Numbered from the stretch's first letter, positions 23,464-31,983 are shown. The stretch is DNA of 32,000 bases from Erysipelotrichaceae bacterium (GCA_028698185.1 JAQVDW010000010.1:22519-54518), one strand, 5' to 3'. Notes: generated by a model not told the origin, from the letters alone. Numbers and translations: made by a program.

Positions 23464-24127
23464 TGGAAAAATCCTCGTTGATCAGATTTGTTTGCACCGC
23501 CCAAATGGCAACCTGGGTCCGGTCGCGCAATTCGAGCTTGTTTAAAATAATAGAAATATAATTGCGCACAGTGCCTGATGAAAAGTGGAGCTTGTCAGCG
23601 ATTTCCTTGTTGGACAGACCAAACCCGATTTGCTGGGCCACCATCTTCTCCTTAGTGCTCAAACTCGCACTGGCCTGATTGGAAACCGTGATCGAGCTGT
23701 TGGTCCCTTCATTGGAAAAACGTTGCAAAATCTTCATGGCGATATCGGGATTGATCATTGCGCCGCCATCATAGACTTCAACAATCGAATCATAAAGTTT
23801 ATCCATGGAAATACCCTTCAACAAGTAGCCGCAGGCACCGTTTTTCAAGGCGCTAAAGACGTATTCGTCATCATCGAAAGTCGTCAGGACAATTATCTTG
23901 GTATCCGGATAAATCTCCTTGACTTCCTTAGTGGCCAAAACCCCGTCCATATTTGGCATCCGGATATCCATCAAAATCACGTCGGCGGGATTGAGCCGCA
24001 TATAATCAAGTACTTCAAGGCCATCCTTGGCGGTGGCGACAATCTGGATATCGCTTCGTGATCCTAAAACAATCTTCAGCGATTCCCTGATCAGTTCCTG
24101 GTCGTCAGCTATCATTACCTTAATCAT
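23453..24127 (-). CDS. NarL/LuxR-family response regulator (LevR-like)
   Basis: REC domain (DDQELIRE..., MDIRMP phospho-Asp) and a GerE HTH (LSNKEIADKLHFSSGTVRNYISIILNKL). Confidence 0.9.
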   Translation of the reverse strand: MIKVMIADDQELIRESLKIVLGSRSDIQIVATAKDGLEVLDYMRLNPADVILMDIRMPNMDGVLATKEVKEIYPDTKIIVLTTFDDDEYVFSALKNGACGYLLKGISMDKLYDSIVEVYDGGAMINPDIAMKILQRFSNEGTNSSITVSNQASASLSTKEKMVAQQIGFGLSNKEIADKLHFSSGTVRNYISIILNKLELRDRTQVAIWAVQTNLINEDFSSET

Positions 24128-24140
24128 TATTTAATTCCCC

Positions 24141-25436
24141 CTAAATTTTCAATGTCACACTTAAACAAAAACCATCATTCCCATCAAGGAAGACCGAGCC
24201 ATTCAGGGCCTGGATCCGCTCTTTCATTTGTTTGATGCCATAGCCTTCCTGGACCTTTTTACAACCGAAGCCATTATCCTTGATGATGATCACAATTTCA
24301 TTTTCTATCTTGTTCACGGAGATGTTGACCTCACTTGCCTGCCCGTGGCGCTTGGAGTTGGTGATTCCTTCCTGGATTGTCCTGAAGATTGCGTCCTCGC
24401 GCAAATTGTCCAAATCCAGATCAGGCAGGTTGTAATCAAGAGCGATCTTGATTTGACTGGCTTCCTGGAAATTTTCACAAACCTTAGCCAAAGCTTCCTT
24501 AAGACTGCTCTGTTTCAAGGCATCGGGCCTTAGCTTCAACAATGAATTGCGGACATCGCCAATCCCCACCCGGACCACCTTGGAAAGAGTTTCGAGCTGT
24601 TTTTTGGTGGCGCCGACATCGACATCGATAAGAGTGATGCAAGCATCAATCCCTGCTGAAATCCCGGTCAAGGCATGGCCAAGGGTATCGTGAAGCTCCC
24701 GGGCCAGCCTTTTCCGTTCGTTGTTCTCTCCAATTTTTTCAGTCAAGGTGGCATAGACCTTGAGTTGTTCATTAACCGAGTTGATCATCACCAGTTCGTT
24801 GGAAATCTGTTCGTTTTCCTGGATCTGATGGGTGATAAAGGCCAATAGATAAATAATAAAAAGCAGGAAATTGATACCGTCAAAGATGCTCATGATAAAA
24901 TTGATTGAATTGACACTTGCCCCGGGATTGAATTCCACATAGCTAGTGAAACTTGGAATCTTGACCAAGGTCGAAATCATGTTATAGCGCGAGAAGGTTG
25001 AAATGATGAACATGATTACCAAAAAACTTGGAATGCTGTGGTTCTTGTTGATTTTGGAGATGAAGTCGACAAAGATCACCAGAATCAACCCGGTGTAGCC
25101 AAAGTAGATAAAGTAGCCGATTAAAAAATAGATGATCAGCTCACCGATAATCGTGACAATGGCCTGGTTGAGATTCATTTTCTGGTTTTCAAAATAAATG
25201 ATGATGCAAAAAAGGCAAAGATACAAAATGGTTGTCGCAAAATAGACTACCTCGGGCCGGTGAGGCAAGTACTCGAGGTTTCTCAAAAACACCGTCGCCA
25301 AAGAATTGGCTACCACATAATTGGTGGTTGAAAGGATAATCCATGCCATGTAGGTTATGACAATGAAATTGACTATAAGCATCAGGTATTTGATGTTGCG
25401 CAGGTTGACATATTTGATCAGCTTCATCACTGCCAC
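24141..25436 (-). CDS. Intramembrane-sensing histidine kinase, HisKA_3 type (LevS-like)
   Basis: About 6 TM helices with no large external loop. H-box ARELHDTLGHAL, N-box EGITNSKRHG and G-box DNGFG. An alternative ATG at 25427 forms TGATG with the upstream stop. Confidence 0.9.
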   Translation of the reverse strand: MAVMKLIKYVNLRNIKYLMLIVNFIVITYMAWIILSTTNYVVANSLATVFLRNLEYLPHRPEVVYFATTILYLCLFCIIIYFENQKMNLNQAIVTIIGELIIYFLIGYFIYFGYTGLILVIFVDFISKINKNHSIPSFLVIMFIISTFSRYNMISTLVKIPSFTSYVEFNPGASVNSINFIMSIFDGINFLLFIIYLLAFITHQIQENEQISNELVMINSVNEQLKVYATLTEKIGENNERKRLARELHDTLGHALTGISAGIDACITLIDVDVGATKKQLETLSKVVRVGIGDVRNSLLKLRPDALKQSSLKEALAKVCENFQEASQIKIALDYNLPDLDLDNLREDAIFRTIQEGITNSKRHGQASEVNISVNKIENEIVIIIKDNGFGCKKVQEGYGIKQMKERIQALNGSVFLDGNDGFCLSVTLKI

Positions 25437-26371
25437 CCCATGATGTTGTATTGGGCGACATTTTCCCTGGTGATCAATTCAGTGCCCAGATAGAAATCTT
25501 TAATCACCGGTTCATTGTAGATTAATTTGTATCCATTGGCGATGGCCTGTTTGCCCAACTGTTGTGGTGATTGGCTGGCAGTGGCCATAATGTTGGGATT
25601 AGACAACAGAAGCTTTTTGATTTCCGGTGAACCGTCGACCCCGTATACCTGGATATTCAATCCCTGCTGTTCCACCGCGGCCAGGGCCCCCAAGGCAGCC
25701 GTGTCGTTCAAGGCCATAATCACATCGATATTCCGGTTTTTTTGCAAATAGCCACTGGTCAGCTCATAGGCCCGGTCCGTCTGGCCCAAACAATCAAGAG
25801 CCGCAGAAATCCGATATTGATTTTTACCGGCAAGATAATCCCTGAAGCCATCAATCCGCTGAGTTGCCGCAATAACCTGCTGATGTTCAAGAATCAAGAT
25901 GTTTGCCTGGTCAAGCGTAGCGGTCAGATGCTTGGCACAGCTGATTCCGGCATTGTAATTATTGGAAATAACCAGGCAATCGTACAGTTCCGGGTCGGAG
26001 ATAGTTGAATCAACCAGGACAATGGGAATGTTGGCCGCTTTGGCCGCCTGCAGTGCCGGCTCAATTTTCGAGGCATCAACTGGATTGACAATCAAAAGAT
26101 CGATGTTTTGATTGATCAGATAATATATTTCCTCCTCTTGCCGCTCACTGTCCAAACACCCATCCAAAGTGATTATGGTGTCCCCCTTGGCCTGGACAGC
26201 TTTGGAAATTTCATTATTGATGACTTGAAAAAATGACTTGTCGAGTTCCATATAGGTCGCACCAATTAAAAAATTTTGCTGCGACAGTTTGGAGTAATCT
26301 GTATATGATAAAAATATCAAGCCGGAAAACATCAGGCTGATGACAACCATGATTTTAATCAATGCCCGCAT
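25427..26371 (-). CDS. Membrane-anchored type-I periplasmic-binding-fold sugar-binding protein (ribose/LacI-like), sensor accessory (LevQ/LevT-like)
   Basis: 314 aa with an N-terminal anchor MRALIKIMVVISLMFSGLIFLSY (no lipobox). NIDLLIVNPVD and PIVLVDS blocks are typical of Peripla_BP_1/4. Strong GGGAGG SD. Confidence 0.7.
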   Translation of the reverse strand: MRALIKIMVVISLMFSGLIFLSYTDYSKLSQQNFLIGATYMELDKSFFQVINNEISKAVQAKGDTIITLDGCLDSERQEEEIYYLINQNIDLLIVNPVDASKIEPALQAAKAANIPIVLVDSTISDPELYDCLVISNNYNAGISCAKHLTATLDQANILILEHQQVIAATQRIDGFRDYLAGKNQYRISAALDCLGQTDRAYELTSGYLQKNRNIDVIMALNDTAALGALAAVEQQGLNIQVYGVDGSPEIKKLLLSNPNIMATASQSPQQLGKQAIANGYKLIYNEPVIKDFYLGTELITRENVAQYNIMGWQ

Positions 26372-26395
26372 TTGTCGCTACCTCCCTTTTTTTCC

Positions 26396-26435
26396 ATTAT
26401 ATATGACATTTATAACGGCAACAATTGATAATTGT
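26396..26435 (-). promoter_or_regulatory. Sensor-operon promoter with the palindrome ACAATT-gat-AATTGT at the -35
   Basis: On the minus strand: TTGTTG (26419-26424), 17-nt spacer, TATAAT (26396-26401). The palindrome is at 26421-26435. Confidence 0.45.
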
Positions 26436-26486
26436 CACTATATTTTTGGATTTAGACCATTATAATTTAGTTGAGGAGATGATTCA

Positions 26487-27266
26487 ATGAATTACAAGAT
26501 AGTTTTTTGCGATTTGGACGGAACGTTGTTGAACTCAAACCATCAGCTGTCGACCAGCAACGCCAATACCATAAAAAATCTGCCAGTGCCTTTTATCGCC
26601 GTTTCGGCCCGGATGCCTAAAGGCATAACCTGTTTTACCGATCAGTTGGGAATCGACTGTCCGATATGCGCCTACAACGGGGCATACATATTCCATCACG
26701 ACCGGATCATCAACAACGTCACCATCCCGTATCATTTAGTCAAAGATATCGCGGCCGCGCTCAAGGACACAACGGCCCATCTATCCATCTATCAATCGGA
26801 CGAGTGGTACATCGAAAAGAATGACATCTACAGCCAGAACGAGGCGCAAATCACCAATATCACGCCATCGGTTGTCGATTTTTCCAAGACGGATCTTTCC
26901 AACGTGAACAAACTTCTTGTGATTTCCTCCCTGGATGATATCGATGCGATCACCGCATCGCTGCAAAATTACCGCGACCAGGTGACCATCGTCAAATCCA
27001 AACCGGACTATGTCGAAATCATGCCAAAGGGAACTTCCAAGCAAGAAGCAATCCGGCTGATTCTAGAGTACTACAGCCTGGAAGCCCACCAAGCCATCGC
27101 CATTGGCGACAACTACAATGACGAACCGATGATTGGCGCGGTCGGCCGGGGCATCCTGCTGGCCAATGCGCCTGGTGATCTTAGAGCCATATATGAGACA
27201 AGTCAATATACCAACGACCAGGACGGCGTAAGCAAAATCCTGGAACAACTGATACTAAAAAAATGA
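26487..27266 (+). CDS. Cof-type HAD-IIB family hydrolase
   Basis: FCDLDGTLL, SARMP and GDNYNDEPM motifs. GAGGAG SD present. Confidence 0.8.
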   Translation: MNYKIVFCDLDGTLLNSNHQLSTSNANTIKNLPVPFIAVSARMPKGITCFTDQLGIDCPICAYNGAYIFHHDRIINNVTIPYHLVKDIAAALKDTTAHLSIYQSDEWYIEKNDIYSQNEAQITNITPSVVDFSKTDLSNVNKLLVISSLDDIDAITASLQNYRDQVTIVKSKPDYVEIMPKGTSKQEAIRLILEYYSLEAHQAIAIGDNYNDEPMIGAVGRGILLANAPGDLRAIYETSQYTNDQDGVSKILEQLILKK

Positions 27267-27290
27267 GCCGATCGGCTCATTTTTCATTTA
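27258..27290. terminator. Bidirectional terminator
   Basis: A7, then the palindrome tgagcc-gatc-ggctca (27264-27279), then T5. It lies between convergent genes. Confidence 0.75.
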
Positions 27291-28144
27291 TCCTCAATTA
27301 TGATGTCAGGCAGCGTGAAGCCCCGGCCGTTGACACTGTGGGTCTCATTGGAAATCATGAAAGCCGTGGAATCGATGTCCAGGACAACCTCATGGAGGCT
27401 GTGGATCTGGCGGTAGGTCACCACCGACATGACCGCATATGACTGTTCCTGCTTGAACCCCGTAGTGATCTTGTAAAGGGTGCAGCCCCGGTCGATATCG
27501 CGGTAGATGGCATCGCGGATCTCCAGATATTTCGGTGAAATGATCTGGACCTGGATCTTCGAAGTGCCAAGAAGCATGACCTTGTCGATTATGTAGAAAT
27601 TCAAGATGACAATGAAAAGACCATAGAGTATCTGTTCGCTGTTGGAAAAGGCGAACTGGAACAACAATATCCCGATATCGAGCGAATTGATCACCACCGA
27701 AAGGTTAAGTTTTGTCTTCTTCGCGATGATTATCGCCGGGATGTCGGTTCCCCCGGTGCTAGCACCAAGGCGGATGACCAGTCCGACCCCTCCGCCGATG
27801 CAAATGGCTCCAAAAAATGCCGCAAGCAGGCGGTCATCGGTCAGGTTCGCGATTCCGGGAATTTTTTCGAGCAAGGTCAAAAATGTCGGAAACAGGACCG
27901 TGGCCAGGGCCGTTCCCATGGCGAATTTCTTCCCCAGAACGAAATAGCCAACCACGAAGACCACAATATTGAAGGCATAGACATAGATATAGTAAGGCAA
28001 ATGGGTGTAGTAGCTAAGAATCAAGGATATTCCCGTCGCCCCACCCAGGATGAAACCAAACGGCTTGACAAAAGCCACGACCCCCAGGGCGAGAAGCGCA
28101 TTGCCCAGAACCATCAGGCCCATTTTGCCAAGACTGTTAGTCAT
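27284..28144 (-). CDS. YitT-family membrane protein (C-terminal DUF2179)
   Basis: A polytopic N-terminal half and a soluble C-terminal domain (GCTLYKITTGFKQEQSYAVMSVV...) are typical of YitT. The ATG at 28144 overlaps the prfB end; the track start is a GTG at 28153. Confidence 0.8.
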   Translation of the reverse strand: MTNSLGKMGLMVLGNALLALGVVAFVKPFGFILGGATGISLILSYYTHLPYYIYVYAFNIVVFVVGYFVLGKKFAMGTALATVLFPTFLTLLEKIPGIANLTDDRLLAAFFGAICIGGGVGLVIRLGASTGGTDIPAIIIAKKTKLNLSVVINSLDIGILLFQFAFSNSEQILYGLFIVILNFYIIDKVMLLGTSKIQVQIISPKYLEIRDAIYRDIDRGCTLYKITTGFKQEQSYAVMSVVTYRQIHSLHEVVLDIDSTAFMISNETHSVNGRGFTLPDIIIEDK

Positions 28145-29252
28145 CGCTGCCACCGCCTACCATATGTTGCAAGTAGGCATAGGCGAAGCTGTCAAGGTCG
28201 CCGTCGAGAACCTTGTCGACCTGCGCCGTTTCCTCAAGCGACCGGTGGTCCTTGACCATCGAGTAAGGATGCAGGACATACGAGCGGATCTGCGAGCCCC
28301 AGGCGATTTCTTTCTGCTCGCCCCGGAGCTTGTCGATCTGGTCGGCTTGTTGCTCGAGCATCGCTTCATACAGCTTGCTTTTGAGCATCATCATCGCTGT
28401 TTCCCGGTTCTTTATCTGGGAACGCTGCGCCTGGGAGGCGACAACGATATTGGTCGGGATATGGGTGATCCGCACGGCCGAATCGGTCGTATTGACATGC
28501 TGTCCTCCGGCTCCCGAAGAGCGGTAGGTGTCGATGCGCAGATCGGCCGGATTGATGTCGATCTGGATATCCTGGGAGATTTCAGGCATCACGTCGACCG
28601 AAGCGAAGGAAGTGTGGCGCCGTTTTGCCGAATCGAACGGGGAGATGCGCACCAGGCGGTGCACCCCTTTTTCCCCCTTGAAAAGGCCATAGGCGTTGTA
28701 GCCGGAAACCTTGAAGGTCACCGATTTGACCCCGGCCACCTCGCCAGGAAGATAATCGAGGATCTCGACCTTGAAATCCTTCTTGTCGGCGTAGCGCTGG
28801 TACATCCGCAACAGCATGCTCGCCCAATCCTGGCTTTCGGTTCCCCCGGCTCCAGGATGGATCTCCACGATGGCATCGCCGGCATCGTGTTCGCCCGAAA
28901 GAAGCAGCTCGTTTTCAAAGTCGTGAAGCTTCTTGGCAAATTCCAGATAATCGTTCTCCAGGGCCGCCTTGAAGTCGGGATCGTCTTCGAGCGTGAGCAG
29001 TTCATAGACATCCTCCAAAGAAACCAGGGTGGTCACCAGGTCGTCATACGACTGGTATTTTTTTTGCATCGCCCGCAGTTTGGTTTCGATCTTCTGGGCC
29101 TGGACAGGATCACTCCAGAAGTTCGCATCCATCGTCGCCACCTCGAGACCCTCAATCTCCCGAGACAGACCGTCGATGTCGAGCGAATCCTTGAGCTTGT
29201 CGCATAGAATATGGGCTTGATCAAGCCCATTTCTTATTTCAAACATTTCCAT
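28137..29252 (-). CDS. prfB: Peptide chain release factor 2, encoded in a single frame
   Basis: SPF tripeptide (RISPFDS) and GGQ (SGAGGQHVN). 371 aa and contiguous. The start overlaps the secA stop (TGATG). Confidence 0.95.
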   Translation of the reverse strand: MEMFEIRNGLDQAHILCDKLKDSLDIDGLSREIEGLEVATMDANFWSDPVQAQKIETKLRAMQKKYQSYDDLVTTLVSLEDVYELLTLEDDPDFKAALENDYLEFAKKLHDFENELLLSGEHDAGDAIVEIHPGAGGTESQDWASMLLRMYQRYADKKDFKVEILDYLPGEVAGVKSVTFKVSGYNAYGLFKGEKGVHRLVRISPFDSAKRRHTSFASVDVMPEISQDIQIDINPADLRIDTYRSSGAGGQHVNTTDSAVRITHIPTNIVVASQAQRSQIKNRETAMMMLKSKLYEAMLEQQADQIDKLRGEQKEIAWGSQIRSYVLHPYSMVKDHRSLEETAQVDKVLDGDLDSFAYAYLQHMVGGGSDD

Positions 29253-31843
29253 CAGGAAAAATCAAGTTCCTTTTCGATATGAGGGATTTGGTTTTCGATG
29301 TCGCTGCCAGGACGGATTCCCATGTGGACGATGTTGCGGACGATGTCCACCGCAATCGCGTTGGTCATCTGTTCGAACATGTAGAATGCCTCTTCGGTAT
29401 ATTCATCCAGCGGGTTTCTTTGGGCATAGGCGCGAAGGTAGATTCCGTTGCGCAGTTTGGTCATGGCATCGATATGGTTGATCCATGAAAAGTCGATCAC
29501 CCCAAGAAGCACATTGCGTTCATAGCGCAGGCGCGCCTCTGGCTCGAGGTCGCTTCTAAAGCGGGAATTGTAGATCTCGAAAAGTTCGTCGACCAGCACC
29601 TCGATGAGTTTTTCGCGGTCCTTGCTCAAAGTGTTGGCCGGCACGGTCAGCTTGGCGAACAGGGCGTACTGTTTGGAAGCCTGTTCCACCGCTTTGGCGA
29701 CATCGATTGTCCCCGTCTCATCGGTGCATTGGCTTACAGTCAGTCCCACCGCCGTCTCAAACATCATTTTGACAATGTCTTTGACATCGGTAGCGGCCAT
29801 GATTTCATCACGTTCCTTGTACATGATCTCGCGTTGTTGGCGCATCACATCATCGTATTCGAGGACATGCTTGCGGGCATCGAAGTTTTGACCTTCGACC
29901 CGCATCTGGGCCGATTCGATCGCTTTGGATACCATCTTGTTTTCAATCGCAGTATCGTCTTCGAGATATTTGGCGAATCCTTGCAGTCTCTCCCCGGCAA
30001 AGCGGATCATCAGATCGTCTTCAAAAGAGACATAGAAGGTTGAATAACCTGGGTCCCCCTGACGTCCCGAACGGCCCCTGAGCTGGTTGTCGATCCGGCG
30101 CGATTCATGGCGTTCCGAACCGATGACAGCCAGACCGCCGATCTTGGCTACGCCTTCACCTAGACGGATGTCGGTTCCCCGGCCTGCCATATTGGTGGCG
30201 ATGGTCACGGCTCCCTTTTGTCCGGCGTTGGCGATGATCTGCGCTTCCTTGGCATGGTTCTTGGCATTGAGGACATTGTGGCGGATTTTCTTTTTAAGAA
30301 GCATCTGCGACAGGATTTCCGAAGTTTCCACCGATACCGTCCCGATCAGGATCGGTTGACCATAAGAGTTGCGGCGTTGGACTTCCTTGATCAATGCCTT
30401 GTATTTGTTCGACTTGGTCGAGAAGATCTTGTCGTTGCGGTCGTCGCGGATGACCGGCCGGTTGGTTGGAATCTCGATGACCCGCATGTTGTAGATCTTC
30501 AAGAATTCCTCTTCCTCGGTCTTGGCGGTTCCCGTCATCCCCGAAAGCTTGTTGAAAAGACGGAAGAAGTTCTGGTAGGTGATAGTGGCGCGGGTCTCGG
30601 TTTCTTCCTTGATCGGCACCCCTTCCTTGGCTTCGATTGCCTGATGGAGGCCATCGGAAAAAGCTCTTCCTGGCATGATCCGTCCGGTGAAGGAATCGAT
30701 GATCATGATCTTGGCGTTGTTGATATCACGGCTGCCGTCATCGGTGGCCACCATGTATTCGACATCGCGGGTCATGGTGTAGTTGGCTTTGAGCGCCTGG
30801 TTGATATGGTGCACCAGCGAAGTGTGGGCCACATCGTAAAGGTTGTCGATCTTGAACTTGCGTTCCGCCTTGGCGATACCCGCCGCGGTCAGGGTGCATG
30901 TCTTCGTTTCCAAATCGACCTCGTAATCCTTCTGGTCGGTCAGCCCCTTGACGAACTTGTCGGCTTGGAGATAAAGGGCTGCTGTGTTTTTCTTCCCGCC
31001 CGAGATGATCAGCGGCGTTCTGGATTCGTCGATCAGGATCGAATCGACCTCGTCGATCAGGGCGAAATTCAAGCCCCGGGTCAGCACCTTGTCTTCAAGT
31101 CTGGTGACCATGTTGTCACGCAGGTAGTCGAATCCAAGTTCGGCATTGGTCGTATAAGTGACATCACAGTTGTGGGCTTCGCGTTTTTGGGCCGGAGTGA
31201 GCTCGCGCTTGTTCAACCCGACACTAAGACCAAGGAATTCAAACACCTGTCCGTTGCTTTGTTTGTCGCGGCCGGCAAGGTAGTCATTGACCGTAACCAC
31301 ATGGACTCCCCGTTTTTCCAGGGCATTGAGGTATACCGGGAAAATCGCGGTCAGGGTCTTCCCTTCACCGGTCTTCATTTCGGCGATATCGCCGCGGTGG
31401 AGAACCATCCCCCCCATAAGCTGAACCTTGTAGGCCTTGAGCCCCAAGATCCGCCATGCGGCTTCACGGGCGGTGGCAAAAGCGGGAACCAGGATATCGT
31501 CAAGTTTCTTGCCTGAGGCGATGTCCTCCTGGAAAGAAGCTGTCTTGGCTTTGAGCTGGTCGTCGCTCAAAGCCGCATACTCTTCTTCCAGGGCGATGAT
31601 TTTGTCAGCCAGAGCCCCGGTTTCCTTGAGCTCCCTTTTTTCATCGTCAAATACTGATTTTATCTTCTTGAAAAAGCCGACTTTTTTGACTTGCGGGGTC
31701 GTGCTAAAAGGCAAAACTTCCCCTTGATATTGGCCGTCAAACTGCTCGACCACGATATCCTCACCAATCTGGTCTTGCAAATCGACAATTGTCATATTTT
31801 CTTTGTTGTTTTCTAACTCGTTGTTTGTATCATTATTTGCCAT
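29252..31843 (-). CDS. secA: Preprotein translocase ATPase SecA
   Basis: MKTGEGKT Walker A, DEVDSILIDE, TNMAGRGTDI and further blocks. The ATG at 31843 has an AAAGGAG SD. It carries an N-terminal extension and lacks a Cys-rich C-terminal tail (see findings). Confidence 0.95.
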   Translation of the reverse strand: MANNDTNNELENNKENMTIVDLQDQIGEDIVVEQFDGQYQGEVLPFSTTPQVKKVGFFKKIKSVFDDEKRELKETGALADKIIALEEEYAALSDDQLKAKTASFQEDIASGKKLDDILVPAFATAREAAWRILGLKAYKVQLMGGMVLHRGDIAEMKTGEGKTLTAIFPVYLNALEKRGVHVVTVNDYLAGRDKQSNGQVFEFLGLSVGLNKRELTPAQKREAHNCDVTYTTNAELGFDYLRDNMVTRLEDKVLTRGLNFALIDEVDSILIDESRTPLIISGGKKNTAALYLQADKFVKGLTDQKDYEVDLETKTCTLTAAGIAKAERKFKIDNLYDVAHTSLVHHINQALKANYTMTRDVEYMVATDDGSRDINNAKIMIIDSFTGRIMPGRAFSDGLHQAIEAKEGVPIKEETETRATITYQNFFRLFNKLSGMTGTAKTEEEEFLKIYNMRVIEIPTNRPVIRDDRNDKIFSTKSNKYKALIKEVQRRNSYGQPILIGTVSVETSEILSQMLLKKKIRHNVLNAKNHAKEAQIIANAGQKGAVTIATNMAGRGTDIRLGEGVAKIGGLAVIGSERHESRRIDNQLRGRSGRQGDPGYSTFYVSFEDDLMIRFAGERLQGFAKYLEDDTAIENKMVSKAIESAQMRVEGQNFDARKHVLEYDDVMRQQREIMYKERDEIMAATDVKDIVKMMFETAVGLTVSQCTDETGTIDVAKAVEQASKQYALFAKLTVPANTLSKDREKLIEVLVDELFEIYNSRFRSDLEPEARLRYERNVLLGVIDFSWINHIDAMTKLRNGIYLRAYAQRNPLDEYTEEAFYMFEQMTNAIAVDIVRNIVHMGIRPGSDIENQIPHIEKELDFS

Positions 31844-31873
31844 ATTTTACTCCTTTAAGCTGATAACATGTCT

Positions 31874-31902
31874 ATTATAACAATTTATCGCTATAAATTC
31901 AA
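31874..31902 (-). promoter_or_regulatory. Strong sigma-A-type promoter for secA-prfB
   Basis: On the minus strand: TTGAAT (31897-31902), 17-nt spacer, TGtTATAAT (TATAAT = 31874-31879). Confidence 0.6.
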
Positions 31903-31955
31903 AGGTATTTGTGTATAATCCCCGTTAAACTCTTAACCCGTAATTAAGACTGGCA

Positions 31956-31983
31956 AACAAAAAAACCCGACATTTGCCGGGTC
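31956..31983 (-). terminator. Terminator of the upstream (off-window) minus-strand gene
   Basis: The minus-strand RNA forms ACCCG-gcaaaugu-CGGGU followed by U7. Confidence 0.55.

Noticed and set aside
28050-31516. Very long plus-strand ORFs (385 aa at 28050-29207 and 432 aa at 30218-31516)
   Set aside because: They are antisense to prfB and secA, whose identities are unambiguous (SPF/GGQ motifs; Walker A and DEVD motifs). These are shadow ORFs caused by codon bias.
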